The position numbers were made by a program, and so were the translations under genes. The notes below the pieces were generated by a model. The model saw nothing but the letters and a program-made list of their open reading frames with translations, was not told where the DNA came from and did not search any database. A DNA stretch of 64,000 nucleotides, from positions 62,001 through 126,000 of IMG/VR virus record IMGVR_UViG_3300020469_003050. One strand, 5' to 3'. Below, one piece after another: positions 49,929 through 58,835 of the stretch; positions within the stretch are counted from its first letter, which is position 1; each line of letters begins with the position of its first letter.

Positions 49929-49957
49929 ATTATAGCAGATTACGTCTTGCTTGTAAA
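49929..49957 (-). promoter_or_regulatory. Minus-strand sigma70 promoter
   Basis: Reverse complement reads TTTACA-N17-TATAAT with TG extension, upstream of the 925-aa gene. Confidence 0.6.
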
Positions 49958-51505
49958 GACCAAAGTTTTGTAATAATTCGCAAAATCCCTAGCATCTTGC
50001 TCGTTATTGACTATTGGCATACCTTTGATATTCAGTGAAGTATTCAGTAACATAGGACAACCTGTTTTATCATAAAAACGTGTTAATAATTCATGTAGAC
50101 CTGCATGTTGTTCTTTGTTAACTGTTTGGACACGTGAAGTTCCATCTTTATGAATAATTGCTGGAAAATCTTTTGGGTGCTTACACTTAGCTATGAACTG
50201 CATATAAGGACCTGAAGGACCATCGAAATAATCATTCACGTATTCTTCTAATATCATAGGCGCAAACGGTCTGAACTGTTGTCTGCGTTTTATTTCATTT
50301 ACAGTATCTTTTATGTCATTCCCTCTAGGATCTGCACATAAACTACGATTACCTAATGCACGTGGACCGAACTCTGCACGACCTGATGCTATACCACAAA
50401 TAGACCCTTGAAGTAAAGCATTAAGTACATCTTCGACAGGATACTCTCCAGGTATGTCATGTCCAAGATATGGGCTTTTCCATTGAATTCTTTCACGTGA
50501 ATATTTCTGAGCAACACCGATACAACTACCAGCATCGCCAGGATTAGGCATAATCCATACTGACTTGAAATAATCTTTTATCATACTATTCGCACTACAA
50601 TTTAAAGCACAACCACCCATCAGAACTAAATTCTCTGAGTGACACATTGCTTTAGATTTAATTAATATTTCGGATAGTATCATTTCATACACATGTTGCG
50701 TTGCGGCGGCTAAGTCGAATAAGTCTTGTTCCTCTTTTAATTCAGGTAAGAACCATCGACAACCACGATGCAAATTCTGTGTAAATTTAATTAGGGTATT
50801 CTTTTGCATAGTATATCCAACTAATCCAGACTCATGAATAATACCGAACTCATCATATATATGTTGAATTAATTCTTTACCTTCATATAATCTGTGTGGA
50901 TCACCATAAGCGGCCATACCCATTAAAATATATTCATCTTCGTTAGGCTTTAATCCAAGACGTTGAGTCATTGCTGAATAAAATAAACCTATTGAACTTG
51001 GATAACTCTGAGAATATACTTTCTCTAATCTCATTCCATGTCCCTTCCAGAACGTAAGTGTTTCGAATTCTCCTATTGAATCGATAACAACTATCGTAGC
51101 TTCATCATACGGCGAAGTAAAGTAACCACTTGCGGCATGAGTATAATGATGCTTTTGATATTTAATTGGAATATGTTTTAATTGTGGAAACTTTTCTAAG
51201 TATTGACTCGGTAATTCAGACGTATCTAAACTTAATTTCCATTGACCTGCACGTAATTGACGTAATTTTTTAAGCATTGGTTTCTCATACCAAGCAATTA
51301 AATCAGGCTTACCCCCATAATGAATAGCATCTGTTAATAGAGCCTCATTTAAATCAGGGTCATTTTTCTTTTTAGAATAACGTTCCGCATGCCCGGCGAA
51401 TTTAATCTCGCCTTCATCAATAATAGCTACTGCGGCGTCATGATTTATGGCACCACTAATACCCATTATTACGGGTTCACGCCTATTTATAAATGAACGG
51501 ATCAC
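49940..51505 (-). CDS. Carbamoyltransferase (NodU/CmcH family)
   Basis: HDAA, HAERY, HHYTHA, EFGPRALGNRS, RPFAP and LNTSLN. Confidence 0.93.
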   Translation of the reverse strand: MIRSFINRREPVIMGISGAINHDAAVAIIDEGEIKFAGHAERYSKKKNDPDLNEALLTDAIHYGGKPDLIAWYEKPMLKKLRQLRAGQWKLSLDTSELPSQYLEKFPQLKHIPIKYQKHHYTHAASGYFTSPYDEATIVVIDSIGEFETLTFWKGHGMRLEKVYSQSYPSSIGLFYSAMTQRLGLKPNEDEYILMGMAAYGDPHRLYEGKELIQHIYDEFGIIHESGLVGYTMQKNTLIKFTQNLHRGCRWFLPELKEEQDLFDLAAATQHVYEMILSEILIKSKAMCHSENLVLMGGCALNCSANSMIKDYFKSVWIMPNPGDAGSCIGVAQKYSRERIQWKSPYLGHDIPGEYPVEDVLNALLQGSICGIASGRAEFGPRALGNRSLCADPRGNDIKDTVNEIKRRQQFRPFAPMILEEYVNDYFDGPSGPYMQFIAKCKHPKDFPAIIHKDGTSRVQTVNKEQHAGLHELLTRFYDKTGCPMLLNTSLNIKGMPIVNNEQDARDFANYYKTLVFTSKT

Positions 51506-51599
51506 GCTTCTTTAATTCCTCTAATCTCTTTTTCATTTCTCTACGTCTTTTAAACTCTGTCCAAGGATAAAGAATTATATCAATTATCTTTCTAATCAT
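51483..51599 (-). CDS. 38-aa peptide ending PFIYK (not in ORF track)
   Basis: MIRKIIDIILYPWTEFKRRREMKKRLEELKKRDPFIYK; ATGA-coupled to the upstream gene, AAAGGA RBS. Confidence 0.65.
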   Translation of the reverse strand: MIRKIIDIILYPWTEFKRRREMKKRLEELKKRDPFIYK

Positions 51600-52315
51600 G
51601 ATTTATTTCCTTTAATATCCACATGTAATATCTCTGCCCATTCGGCATGAGCCTCTTCATCTGGATGCATATATCGTTCATCTCCTTCTACAGGAAAGAA
51701 CTTTTTATTTTCATACATATAAGTAAAAAACGTTTGGTCTTCATATATTTTACTCATATCTAATTGTTTATAAACTGAAACCATATCACTTTGCTCACAT
51801 AACTCAGTAAACTTAGTTGGCTCTAATAAATTAGGTGTTAAATTAAGTGAATTAAATATTATATAAGGTATCTTATTAGCAGTAAAGAAATTCTGGAGTG
51901 TCATTAAATGAATTAAATAACAATGAAAATCATATACTGGTGACCAGAAATGCTTCATATACAACTGATTAAATAAATCTAAATCACGGTTGTTTTGCTC
52001 ATCTAAATTAATATTCCCATGATATTCATGCGATGGAATATTATGAACTAATAAATTCTTTTTCTCAATAAAATGCTCTCTACGATTAGGAGCGGTCATA
52101 CCAATAGCAACGAAATCAACTGTTTCTTTATTAACTAATTTATCGCTTATAGTAGTAATAGTATTACGAACAATATAATTATTCGATACCCCACGCTGAG
52201 CCTCAGTCTCTACTCCATCAATATTCATTTTATCAGCTAGAATAAAAGGCCATGCTCGGTCTTTATGGGCTAGACCAGTTCCATAAGTGAAACTGCATCC
52301 GTTTGCATATAACAT
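51596..52315 (-). CDS. SGNH/GDSL-like hydrolase or acyltransferase
   Basis: NGCSFTYG, GVSN and HPDEEAH. Confidence 0.7.
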   Translation of the reverse strand: MLYANGCSFTYGTGLAHKDRAWPFILADKMNIDGVETEAQRGVSNNYIVRNTITTISDKLVNKETVDFVAIGMTAPNRREHFIEKKNLLVHNIPSHEYHGNINLDEQNNRDLDLFNQLYMKHFWSPVYDFHCYLIHLMTLQNFFTANKIPYIIFNSLNLTPNLLEPTKFTELCEQSDMVSVYKQLDMSKIYEDQTFFTYMYENKKFFPVEGDERYMHPDEEAHAEWAEILHVDIKGNKS

Positions 52316-52325
52316 ATTTTAATCC

Positions 52326-52925
52326 TTATTCATTATTATATCTGAAACAGCCAAGTAATGCAAGTCTTTTTTGGTCTGAATTGACTACTTGATGTTCCCA
52401 ATTAGTATTAATGTACCAGACATCTCCAGGAGTTTGCATTTCTTTTACTACTGCTTTGCGTTTTTTAATCTCAAAACTCTGAATACCATTTAATACACAT
52501 ACAAATCTATCTAATTCAGGTTGGTCTATATGCCAAGGTAAAGTCTCATTTGGCTCCATAACTGCATATCTTAGACGATATACTGGACCACCTAATATCT
52601 TTTCTAAACTTTCAACTGCTGGTTTAAGTCTTAAAAATCTCTCATCTAAGTAATTAAAATCTGTTTCTACAGGCTCATAGTCTGGATCATCATAACGAGT
52701 ACGCTGGAACGTTTGGATATCACGCTGGTCATAACCCGCTGGCATATAAGAATCTTGTTCTTTATACATACCTGAACGTGAACGTAATGCACTAGTAGAA
52801 GCCATAGTCGAACTTGCCGTGTGAAAACAATCTCTAAAAAGATGAATTTCTGGACCCGTAATAGAACCCATATTATCGAATAGGGGTAATTTAATTCTTT
52901 TATTTGCTATTGCTCTGCGATCCAT
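52326..52925 (-). CDS. Asp/Asn beta-hydroxylase-like 2OG oxygenase
   Basis: LPWHID, HQVVN and RLALL; start reassigned to ATG 52925 after AGGAG. Confidence 0.7.
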   Translation of the reverse strand: MDRRAIANKRIKLPLFDNMGSITGPEIHLFRDCFHTASSTMASTSALRSRSGMYKEQDSYMPAGYDQRDIQTFQRTRYDDPDYEPVETDFNYLDERFLRLKPAVESLEKILGGPVYRLRYAVMEPNETLPWHIDQPELDRFVCVLNGIQSFEIKKRKAVVKEMQTPGDVWYINTNWEHQVVNSDQKRLALLGCFRYNNE

Positions 52926-52980
52926 AGGAAACTCCTGATAAATAATATCTGTACATAATGTATTTATACAAGAAGGGATT

Positions 52981-53217
52981 ATGAGTAAAACACTAAAAGT
53001 ACTTAAAGAACTAGCATTAAAAGACCATGAGGTAACTCTAACAGAACAACATATTAGTGCGGGAACCAAGTTTTCAGAACTAGGAATAGACAGTTTAGAT
53101 GCAATAGAAATGATGGTATCGCTAGAAGACGAACTAGACATAGAACTCAACAACGACCGATTAGAGAAGATTTCGAACATCGCACAACTAGTAGAGTATC
53201 TACGAGAGTTTGATTAA
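52981..53217 (+). CDS. acpP: Acyl carrier protein
   Basis: 78 aa, acidic, LGIDSLDAIEM phosphopantetheine motif and LEDELDIEL. Confidence 0.9.
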   Translation: MSKTLKVLKELALKDHEVTLTEQHISAGTKFSELGIDSLDAIEMMVSLEDELDIELNNDRLEKISNIAQLVEYLREFD

Positions 53218-53301
53218 AAGAAAAAGGCAAGGGCGTAGCCCGGAGCGAAGCGACTTCTTCGGCAAATTTTTTTGGAGCTGATAAACAACTGACTTATTAA
53301 T

Positions 53302-53511
53302 ATGAGCAAGATTACCGATACACAGCCAATATACCTCAACCGTACCATAACAGTAGAATACAGTAGACTATGGGGTAGATACACGCTGAACCAAGGTACC
53401 ATGTCAATATTAGATACAGATGACCGTGCTTTAGCTTACTCAATATATCGTAGAAGAACTGGTCAAGATATTACTCTTAAAGAATTCCTAACTTTGGTTA
53501 AATACACATAA
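53302..53511 (+). CDS. Hypothetical protein
   Basis: 69-aa ORF, weak support. Confidence 0.35.
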   Translation: MSKITDTQPIYLNRTITVEYSRLWGRYTLNQGTMSILDTDDRALAYSIYRRRTGQDITLKEFLTLVKYT

Positions 53512-53574
53512 CAGACTATTAACGATAGAGGATATAGTAACAAACAGAACTAAACCACTTAACTGAGATAAACT

Positions 53575-53868
53575 ATGAAAACAACCTATACACGGGACGC
53601 AAGTAGATACAGAAGATTCATACTTGAGCATATTCACACATCAAAGGGTTATCGACATACTGCTTATCTTAGTGGAAAAGTTTTAATGATTACACATTCA
53701 CTACCACTCTTATACAGATACTTACACACTCTAGGGCCTGCGAATAGTGACACCACTGACCGGGACAGGATTATAACACATAAGTACGTTACTAACAGAA
53801 CTTCATATAGTGACGATATAAGTAAGCAAGAAGAAAGACAGAAACAGAATGAAGATACTTCCAAGTGA
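53575..53868 (+). CDS. Hypothetical protein
   Basis: 97-aa ORF, weak support. Confidence 0.35.
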   Translation: MKTTYTRDASRYRRFILEHIHTSKGYRHTAYLSGKVLMITHSLPLLYRYLHTLGPANSDTTDRDRIITHKYVTNRTSYSDDISKQEERQKQNEDTSK

Positions 53869-54031
53869 CGATTTAAATCACAATCCAGACTATAATAAAC
53901 ACTATAAGCGATACTTCCCAGAACTGCACCCTAATTACACAGTTAAGCACAGTATACCGGAAAGGTTTAAAAACGCTCTAGCTAAGGTTGTGGTATGGTT
54001 TAAATCCCCTATAGACGATAAGTGGAAATAA
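53849..54031 (+). CDS. Hypothetical protein
   Basis: 60-aa ORF. Confidence 0.35.
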   Translation: MKILPSDDLNHNPDYNKHYKRYFPELHPNYTVKHSIPERFKNALAKVVVWFKSPIDDKWK

Positions 54032-54254
54032 TTCAATTAATTAATTAATTTATTTAATTTATAGCATTCCTTTTAGGAACAACGTCCCTCCTTCCACGGT
54101 AATTATTTTATTTTCCTGCAACATATGGGCTAAACCCCCCTTTAAGACGCCATAGAGTGCGATACAGAGTGATTCGCACCAGGATTTAATACTATCCTTA
54201 ACCGTACCATAACCGTCTCTCTACGTTGCTTATAACGGTTTATTAATTGTGTTG

Positions 54255-54288
54255 AAAACTTGACAAAACCGCGAATCAGTGCTATAGT
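54255..54288 (+). promoter_or_regulatory. Repeated phage promoter
   Basis: AAAACTTGACA..GAATCAGTGC-TATAGT. Confidence 0.7.
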
Positions 54289-54318
54289 ATATACATAATG
54301 AGAAATGAGAGGGAAACA

Positions 54319-54666
54319 ATGCAAGAACAATTAGACAGTTTAATTCAGAATATTAAAGATGATTATTTCAAGTGGACTTCACGTAACGGTACGAAAGAGT
54401 TAACAGAAGTTAACAAGAACATGATTGCTGAATTTAATTCAAAGATTACCCTTAAAGAGGGTCAAAAGTATATCAAAGTCATTAGTGGAAGTTCAGTATG
54501 GGGCTTTATCGCTAAGTCTGACTTTAATAAAGGAAGTAAGTGTTTTTCGAAGGGTGATATCCTTAAAGCCGCTGGATGGCAGGCTCCTGCTTTAAATGCC
54601 GCTAGAGGTAATATCTTTGACGATGATTACACTATACAATGGACAGGTCCTCTATATCTGAATTAA
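54319..54666 (+). CDS. Hypothetical phage protein
   Basis: GAGGG RBS; KYIKV, VWGF and GDILKAAGWQAPA..ARGNI, a pattern I associate with aquatic myovirus early genes. Confidence 0.7.
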   Translation: MQEQLDSLIQNIKDDYFKWTSRNGTKELTEVNKNMIAEFNSKITLKEGQKYIKVISGSSVWGFIAKSDFNKGSKCFSKGDILKAAGWQAPALNAARGNIFDDDYTIQWTGPLYLN

Positions 54667-54679
54667 TTCGGATAGATGA

Positions 54680-54965
54680 CCCAGAGTACTTTTTAGGGGT
54701 GCCCCTAGTTTTGAACTCTTTAAACTCATAAACTGAATTGCGGACTACTTTTTCATAATCCGGTTTTTGTCCTTAAAATAAAACCGGATAGCTTATATCG
54801 GCCTCTATGGGAAACCGTATGCTACAGGGACAATTTATGCAGAGGGCCCTATGCTTTAAGTGAAACTACCGGGGGTTGAACCGTTGAACGAACAGTTGCG
54901 TGTAGCCCGGCGTACAATATACAAGAATACCGGAAAAGGGTGTCTTGCATAGCACTCTTTCCACC
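54680..54965 (+). ncRNA. Candidate structured RNA / multi-hairpin element
   Basis: Five consecutive inverted repeats in a relatively GC-rich gap with no credible ORF. Confidence 0.35.
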
Positions 54966-55024
54966 TCTCCAGGAACTCAATACTAGAACAAAACATGAAC
55001 AAACCTCCCGGAAACCTTTATTAA

Positions 55025-55057
55025 AAAACTTGACAATATCGAGAATCATGTTATATT
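55025..55057 (+). promoter_or_regulatory. Repeated phage promoter
   Basis: AAAACTTGACA-atatcgaGAATCATGT-TATATT. Confidence 0.75.
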
Positions 55058-55088
55058 ATTAATATATGATAAAGAAAGAGAGAGAAAA

Positions 55089-55287
55089 TATGACAGTTAA
55101 AACACTAGAACAAGCCTTTGCTGATGCGGTTATTAACCCTGAGAACCTTAAGGCTAACGGTAACGTCAACTGGAACTATGTTGATGCTGACTGTTATATG
55201 GATGCCGATGGTGATTCTATCGACAATTATTTAGAACAATTTAATGCGTTGGCTGACGCCTATTTAAGCCAGAAAGTGAGTATATAA
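55089..55287 (+). CDS. Hypothetical protein
   Basis: NWNYVDAD motif; follows the promoter; start approximate. Confidence 0.55.
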
Positions 55288-55496
55288 TGAGTAAGACCGG
55301 AGCATGGATAATGGAACTCCAAGAACAGTTCGAAGATAAAGTTGCTGACATCATAAAAGAGTCAGAGAATGTTGCAGAAGCATATGCAAGTTCAGTTAAA
55401 TTAAACAATGAGAACCACTATGTTAATTGGGATAATTCAGAAATAGAGTGTCTGGTTGATGATATGTGGAGTGAAGTTTGGAGCGAATATCAATGA
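55287..55496 (+). CDS. Hypothetical protein
   Basis: Coupled acidic ORF. Confidence 0.6.
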   Translation: MSKTGAWIMELQEQFEDKVADIIKESENVAEAYASSVKLNNENHYVNWDNSEIECLVDDMWSEVWSEYQ

Positions 55497-55666
55497 GTAC
55501 AGTATTAGGTATTAGCGGTATTATCTGCTTAGTATTAGGTGTTGGGTGTATCGACGGTGGTTATAACGGTGTCCCAATGAATGATAACTGGATTGGTTTC
55601 GGTATGTTTTCCGTTACTGGAATCCTTTTGATGTTAGGATGTTTAGCTACACAAGAGGGAGAGTAG
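55493..55666 (+). CDS. Small two-TM membrane protein
   Basis: ATGA-coupled; two hydrophobic segments. Confidence 0.55.
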   Translation: MSTVLGISGIICLVLGVGCIDGGYNGVPMNDNWIGFGMFSVTGILLMLGCLATQEGE

Positions 55667-55667
55667 A

Positions 55668-55886
55668 TTGGGACCATTTGATTTTAATACACAGTGGAAA
55701 CGTGCGGACAGATTGAAACAGTTCATACACCGCCTTCCCGAAGATATAGACCCTAACTATAAAGCTATGTGGGAACAGAAGCTACAGAACATAGCATGGG
55801 ATCCTAAGACGTATTACGATAGATATAAATTGGTATATACTATAAACGGTCTATACAATGCAACTATAATAAAGGAGGCTAGATGA
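55668..55886 (+). CDS. Hypothetical protein
   Basis: 72-aa ORF in operon. Confidence 0.5.
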   Translation: MGPFDFNTQWKRADRLKQFIHRLPEDIDPNYKAMWEQKLQNIAWDPKTYYDRYKLVYTINGLYNATIIKEAR

Positions 55887-56248
55887 AGACAGAGTATAAC
55901 AAAGATGATATCCATAAGGATATAGGTAAGAGTAAGTACAGAGTAAGACAACAGTATGTCTCATGGGTAGAGTATGATGTTGTTGCTAACTCTAAAGAAG
56001 AAGCACAAGAGGCCGTGCTAGAGCAAGGTGGTATTGAGAGAATACAATACAGAGAAGGGTTCCACAATGGTAATGAAGTGGAAGTCTATGCACAAGACTG
56101 GAACACAGACTACAGTGCAGAACTATATGAAACTAATAAGATTGCAGAATGCATACCATATGAAGATAGTGACAGTATAGACTATGGTGACTATAACTGG
56201 AGCACAGATGATTATGAATGGAAGAATGCAGAAGAAGAAACAGCCTAA
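55883..56248 (+). CDS. Hypothetical acidic protein
   Basis: GGAGG RBS; V.ANSKEEA motif. Confidence 0.6.
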   Translation: MKTEYNKDDIHKDIGKSKYRVRQQYVSWVEYDVVANSKEEAQEAVLEQGGIERIQYREGFHNGNEVEVYAQDWNTDYSAELYETNKIAECIPYEDSDSIDYGDYNWSTDDYEWKNAEEETA

Positions 56249-56625
56249 GGTAAAGAATGATACGGGACACTGGATAGCACCAGATGGTACTGTAGTATCT
56301 ATCCCTGATATGGACTATCTACTAGAGCAGAATAAGACATCACAGACAGAGTGGTTACGTGGGTATCGTAAGTGGAAACGTTCACAGGCAAAACCCTAAC
56401 CAATAGTGCCCGAGGTTTGGCCTGGTGGCGTTGGTAAATAAAATAAAATAATAATTCCGGAACTTTTGTATATATAGCGGAAGGTGGCTTGGTCCTTAGG
56501 TGGCGTTTGGTCGCAGACCATTTTTTGAGTTCATTTACTATATGGGATCCTACTTTTTTATTCTGGTTCCACTTCCCAAAAAAATACGCAGAAATTTTTC
56601 ACTTATAGTTTCCTTATAGGGTGCC

Positions 56626-56659
56626 AAAACTTGACAAACCGTAACTAATCGTGTATACT
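56626..56659 (+). promoter_or_regulatory. Repeated phage promoter
   Basis: AAAACTTGACA-N17-TATACT. Confidence 0.7.
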
Positions 56660-56688
56660 ACGTATATCTTAATTAAGGAGTTTCCCCT

Positions 56689-57018
56689 ATGATTGTTTCT
56701 AATATCCACAACCGTATCTCTAGTGAATCTAGTCAGTTTGCTACTACTCAGTATAATAACTTTCTATCTAAGCACGATTTAGAGCCTGATACTGAATTTG
56801 TTAACTTCAAGCATGACTATCTCGTATTAGAACCAGGATTAACTCATTTAGACTATGCTGATTGTTTAACTGCTAATCAGTATAGTGAGTATGTAGATAC
56901 GTATAAAGAAGATGCGTTTGAAGTAGTTCCTTTTCATCCACATACTCAATTAGCTATTCTACATCATAATAATATGATTGCTGATGAGATATATAATAAT
57001 CCAAAATACTATCAATAA
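56689..57018 (+). CDS. Hypothetical protein
   Basis: AAGGAG RBS, 109 aa. Confidence 0.6.
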   Translation: MIVSNIHNRISSESSQFATTQYNNFLSKHDLEPDTEFVNFKHDYLVLEPGLTHLDYADCLTANQYSEYVDTYKEDAFEVVPFHPHTQLAILHHNNMIADEIYNNPKYYQ

Positions 57019-57050
57019 AAACTTGACAAAGTAGAGAATCATGTTATATT
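57018..57050 (+). promoter_or_regulatory. Repeated phage promoter
   Basis: AAAACTTGACA..GAGAATCATGT-TATATT. Confidence 0.75.
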
Positions 57051-57168
57051 AATTAAGTAATTAGAGAAAGGTTTAATCAATGAGAATATATGGTATGGCT
57101 ATAGCATTATATAACTTTCGTATAGCAAGAGAAAAGCGAATTATCGAACTACTAAGGAGTGTAGAATA

Positions 57169-57549
57169 ATGTGGGTATGTGATAACTTAAGTTCAGTAGT
57201 TGATAAGCTAGACGAGTCAATACCGCTAGAGGGGCAAGTTCATTCAGTTAATAAGAATAAGTGTTTAGAACGACTACGTAAAGCAATCAATGTCACACAT
57301 GATATATTCAATAACGGATTATGTAATAGGGGTCGAGAACTACGTGTTCTAGGCTTACGTAAGGATCAATTACCATTACCTGAATATCGTTATGGGTATT
57401 ATCATGAAGGTCAGTGGGATCGAATTCGGGAGATAGTATCACCTATTATGGAACAGATTATCCTTGATGCGGCTGTAGAACAAAATCTACATATGGAATT
57501 AATCCCTAATAGTGTATCGGGTAAGATTGAATTGCAGGTAGCTTCTTAA
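57169..57549 (+). CDS. Hypothetical protein
   Basis: AAGGAG RBS; HDIFNNGLCN motif. Confidence 0.6.
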   Translation: MWVCDNLSSVVDKLDESIPLEGQVHSVNKNKCLERLRKAINVTHDIFNNGLCNRGRELRVLGLRKDQLPLPEYRYGYYHEGQWDRIREIVSPIMEQIILDAAVEQNLHMELIPNSVSGKIELQVAS

Positions 57550-57873
57550 TGTGGGTATATCATTTTTTCACATTCTGGGTTATACTGTTTGTAGTGTATG
57601 CGATAGGAGAATGGTTGGCGTATGTATTCTGATGCGATAATCCTAATGGGTTTGTCAGTAGTTCTAGGCGTAGTCGTACTAGGGTGTGATTACTTGCAAT
57701 ACCGTTATCAGATGTATCGTGAAATGAAACGTGTCACTAGGGAGCTCCGGAGGACTAGACAACAATAGATTATATATGACGTTATTAAAGTATTTAAAAA
57801 TTTTCCGAAAGAAGAAGTGTTCTTTTGCGGCGCCTTTTCGGACGGGCAGTACTAAAAATAAATCAACAGAGAG

Positions 57874-58194
57874 GTGGTAGATATGAGTACATTAACAATG
57901 ACGGATCGATATGAACGAACAGAAGAGGACGAATACGGTCCCGGCTATAAACAAGCCAAGATGTTCCTACAGTTTTCTAAGATAGAAGACTCACAAGGGA
58001 ACCCTAAACCGCTTACGTCAGTTCTAACTGATGATAATAAACGTGTGCGTGTTACACTAGAACAAGCACGTAAAATGAAAGCACTAGAGCAAACTATCGA
58101 AAAGCCTTACGATAAACAAAAGTTTGCTGATACCATTCAATACGAGAAAGGTCTACGTGCTTGGTTGAAATCTCCTGTTCTGGATATGTTGTAA
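57874..58194 (+). CDS. Hypothetical protein
   Basis: 106-aa ORF. Confidence 0.55.
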   Translation: MVDMSTLTMTDRYERTEEDEYGPGYKQAKMFLQFSKIEDSQGNPKPLTSVLTDDNKRVRVTLEQARKMKALEQTIEKPYDKQKFADTIQYEKGLRAWLKSPVLDML

Positions 58195-58225
58195 AACTTG
58201 ACAGATATGAGAATCATGTTATACT
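58193..58225 (+). promoter_or_regulatory. Repeated phage promoter
   Basis: AAAACTTGACA..GAGAATCATGT-TATACT. Confidence 0.75.
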
Positions 58226-58258
58226 GTAAGTATAGTCAATTAAAGAGAGGAAACTATT

Positions 58259-58555
58259 ATGATGAGTAAAGAATTAGAAAATGCAATCCTAGCCCTAGGT
58301 CGTTTAACTTCTACTAGTGATATGTCTGTATTAGCAGACCACTTTCGTAGGCATCAAACGTTTCTAGGTAAACAAAAGGGTGCTGGTCTTAAGATTGGTG
58401 ATACTATAGAATGGGAATATGGCGGACTTCTCAAGCAAGGTGTCATTACTAAGAACAATCGTTCTACAGTAGACGTTACTAACGTTGGGAATAACACGGG
58501 TTTTAAAACTAGAACTCGACTTCATAAATCAATGATTACTAGAAAGGTAGCATAA
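58259..58555 (+). CDS. Hypothetical protein (SH3-like C-terminus)
   Basis: LKIGDTIEW...GVITK pattern; RBS present. Confidence 0.55.
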   Translation: MMSKELENAILALGRLTSTSDMSVLADHFRRHQTFLGKQKGAGLKIGDTIEWEYGGLLKQGVITKNNRSTVDVTNVGNNTGFKTRTRLHKSMITRKVA

Positions 58556-58556
58556 T

Positions 58557-58835
58557 ATGACAAATCTATATCTATTTGACCACGCAAGTGGTAACACTGA
58601 CAATAATACTAACAACATTATTGTTGACCATGCATTTGGTAATACCGGCATTGACTTCTCTAAAGTTAATGTAACAGAAGTAGACGGCATTGATATGACC
58701 GACTATCCAAAATTCTGTGATGCTTATATCTCTGAGGCTGAAATCAATGGTGTCGAAGCCACTGAGGAACAGTTGGAAGAGATTAATGAAAATGGGGAGT
58801 TCGTACTCGAATCAGTTTACGACTTCATCTATTAA
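58557..58835 (+). CDS. Hypothetical acidic protein
   Basis: DYPKFCDAYI..A motif. Confidence 0.6.
   Translation: MTNLYLFDHASGNTDNNTNNIIVDHAFGNTGIDFSKVNVTEVDGIDMTDYPKFCDAYISEAEINGVEATEEQLEEINENGEFVLESVYDFIY

Noticed and set aside
32007-52925. RiPP cluster with a precursor peptide
   Set aside because: No convincing leader/core peptide, RRE domain or dedicated peptidase/exporter is visible; the 38-aa peptide fits a carbamoyltransferase accessory better.
52926-53180. N-terminal extension of the 284-aa minus ORF
   Set aside because: Antisense to the ACP; a better start with an AGGAG RBS lies at 52925.
54849-54965. Possible tRNA
   Set aside because: No cloverleaf or TTC T-loop signature could be built; kept only as generic structure.
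18837-58225. Repeated AAAACTTGACA blocks as CRISPR repeats or att sites
   Set aside because: Dispersed, irregularly spaced and always upstream of genes with -35/-10 geometry, so they are promoters.
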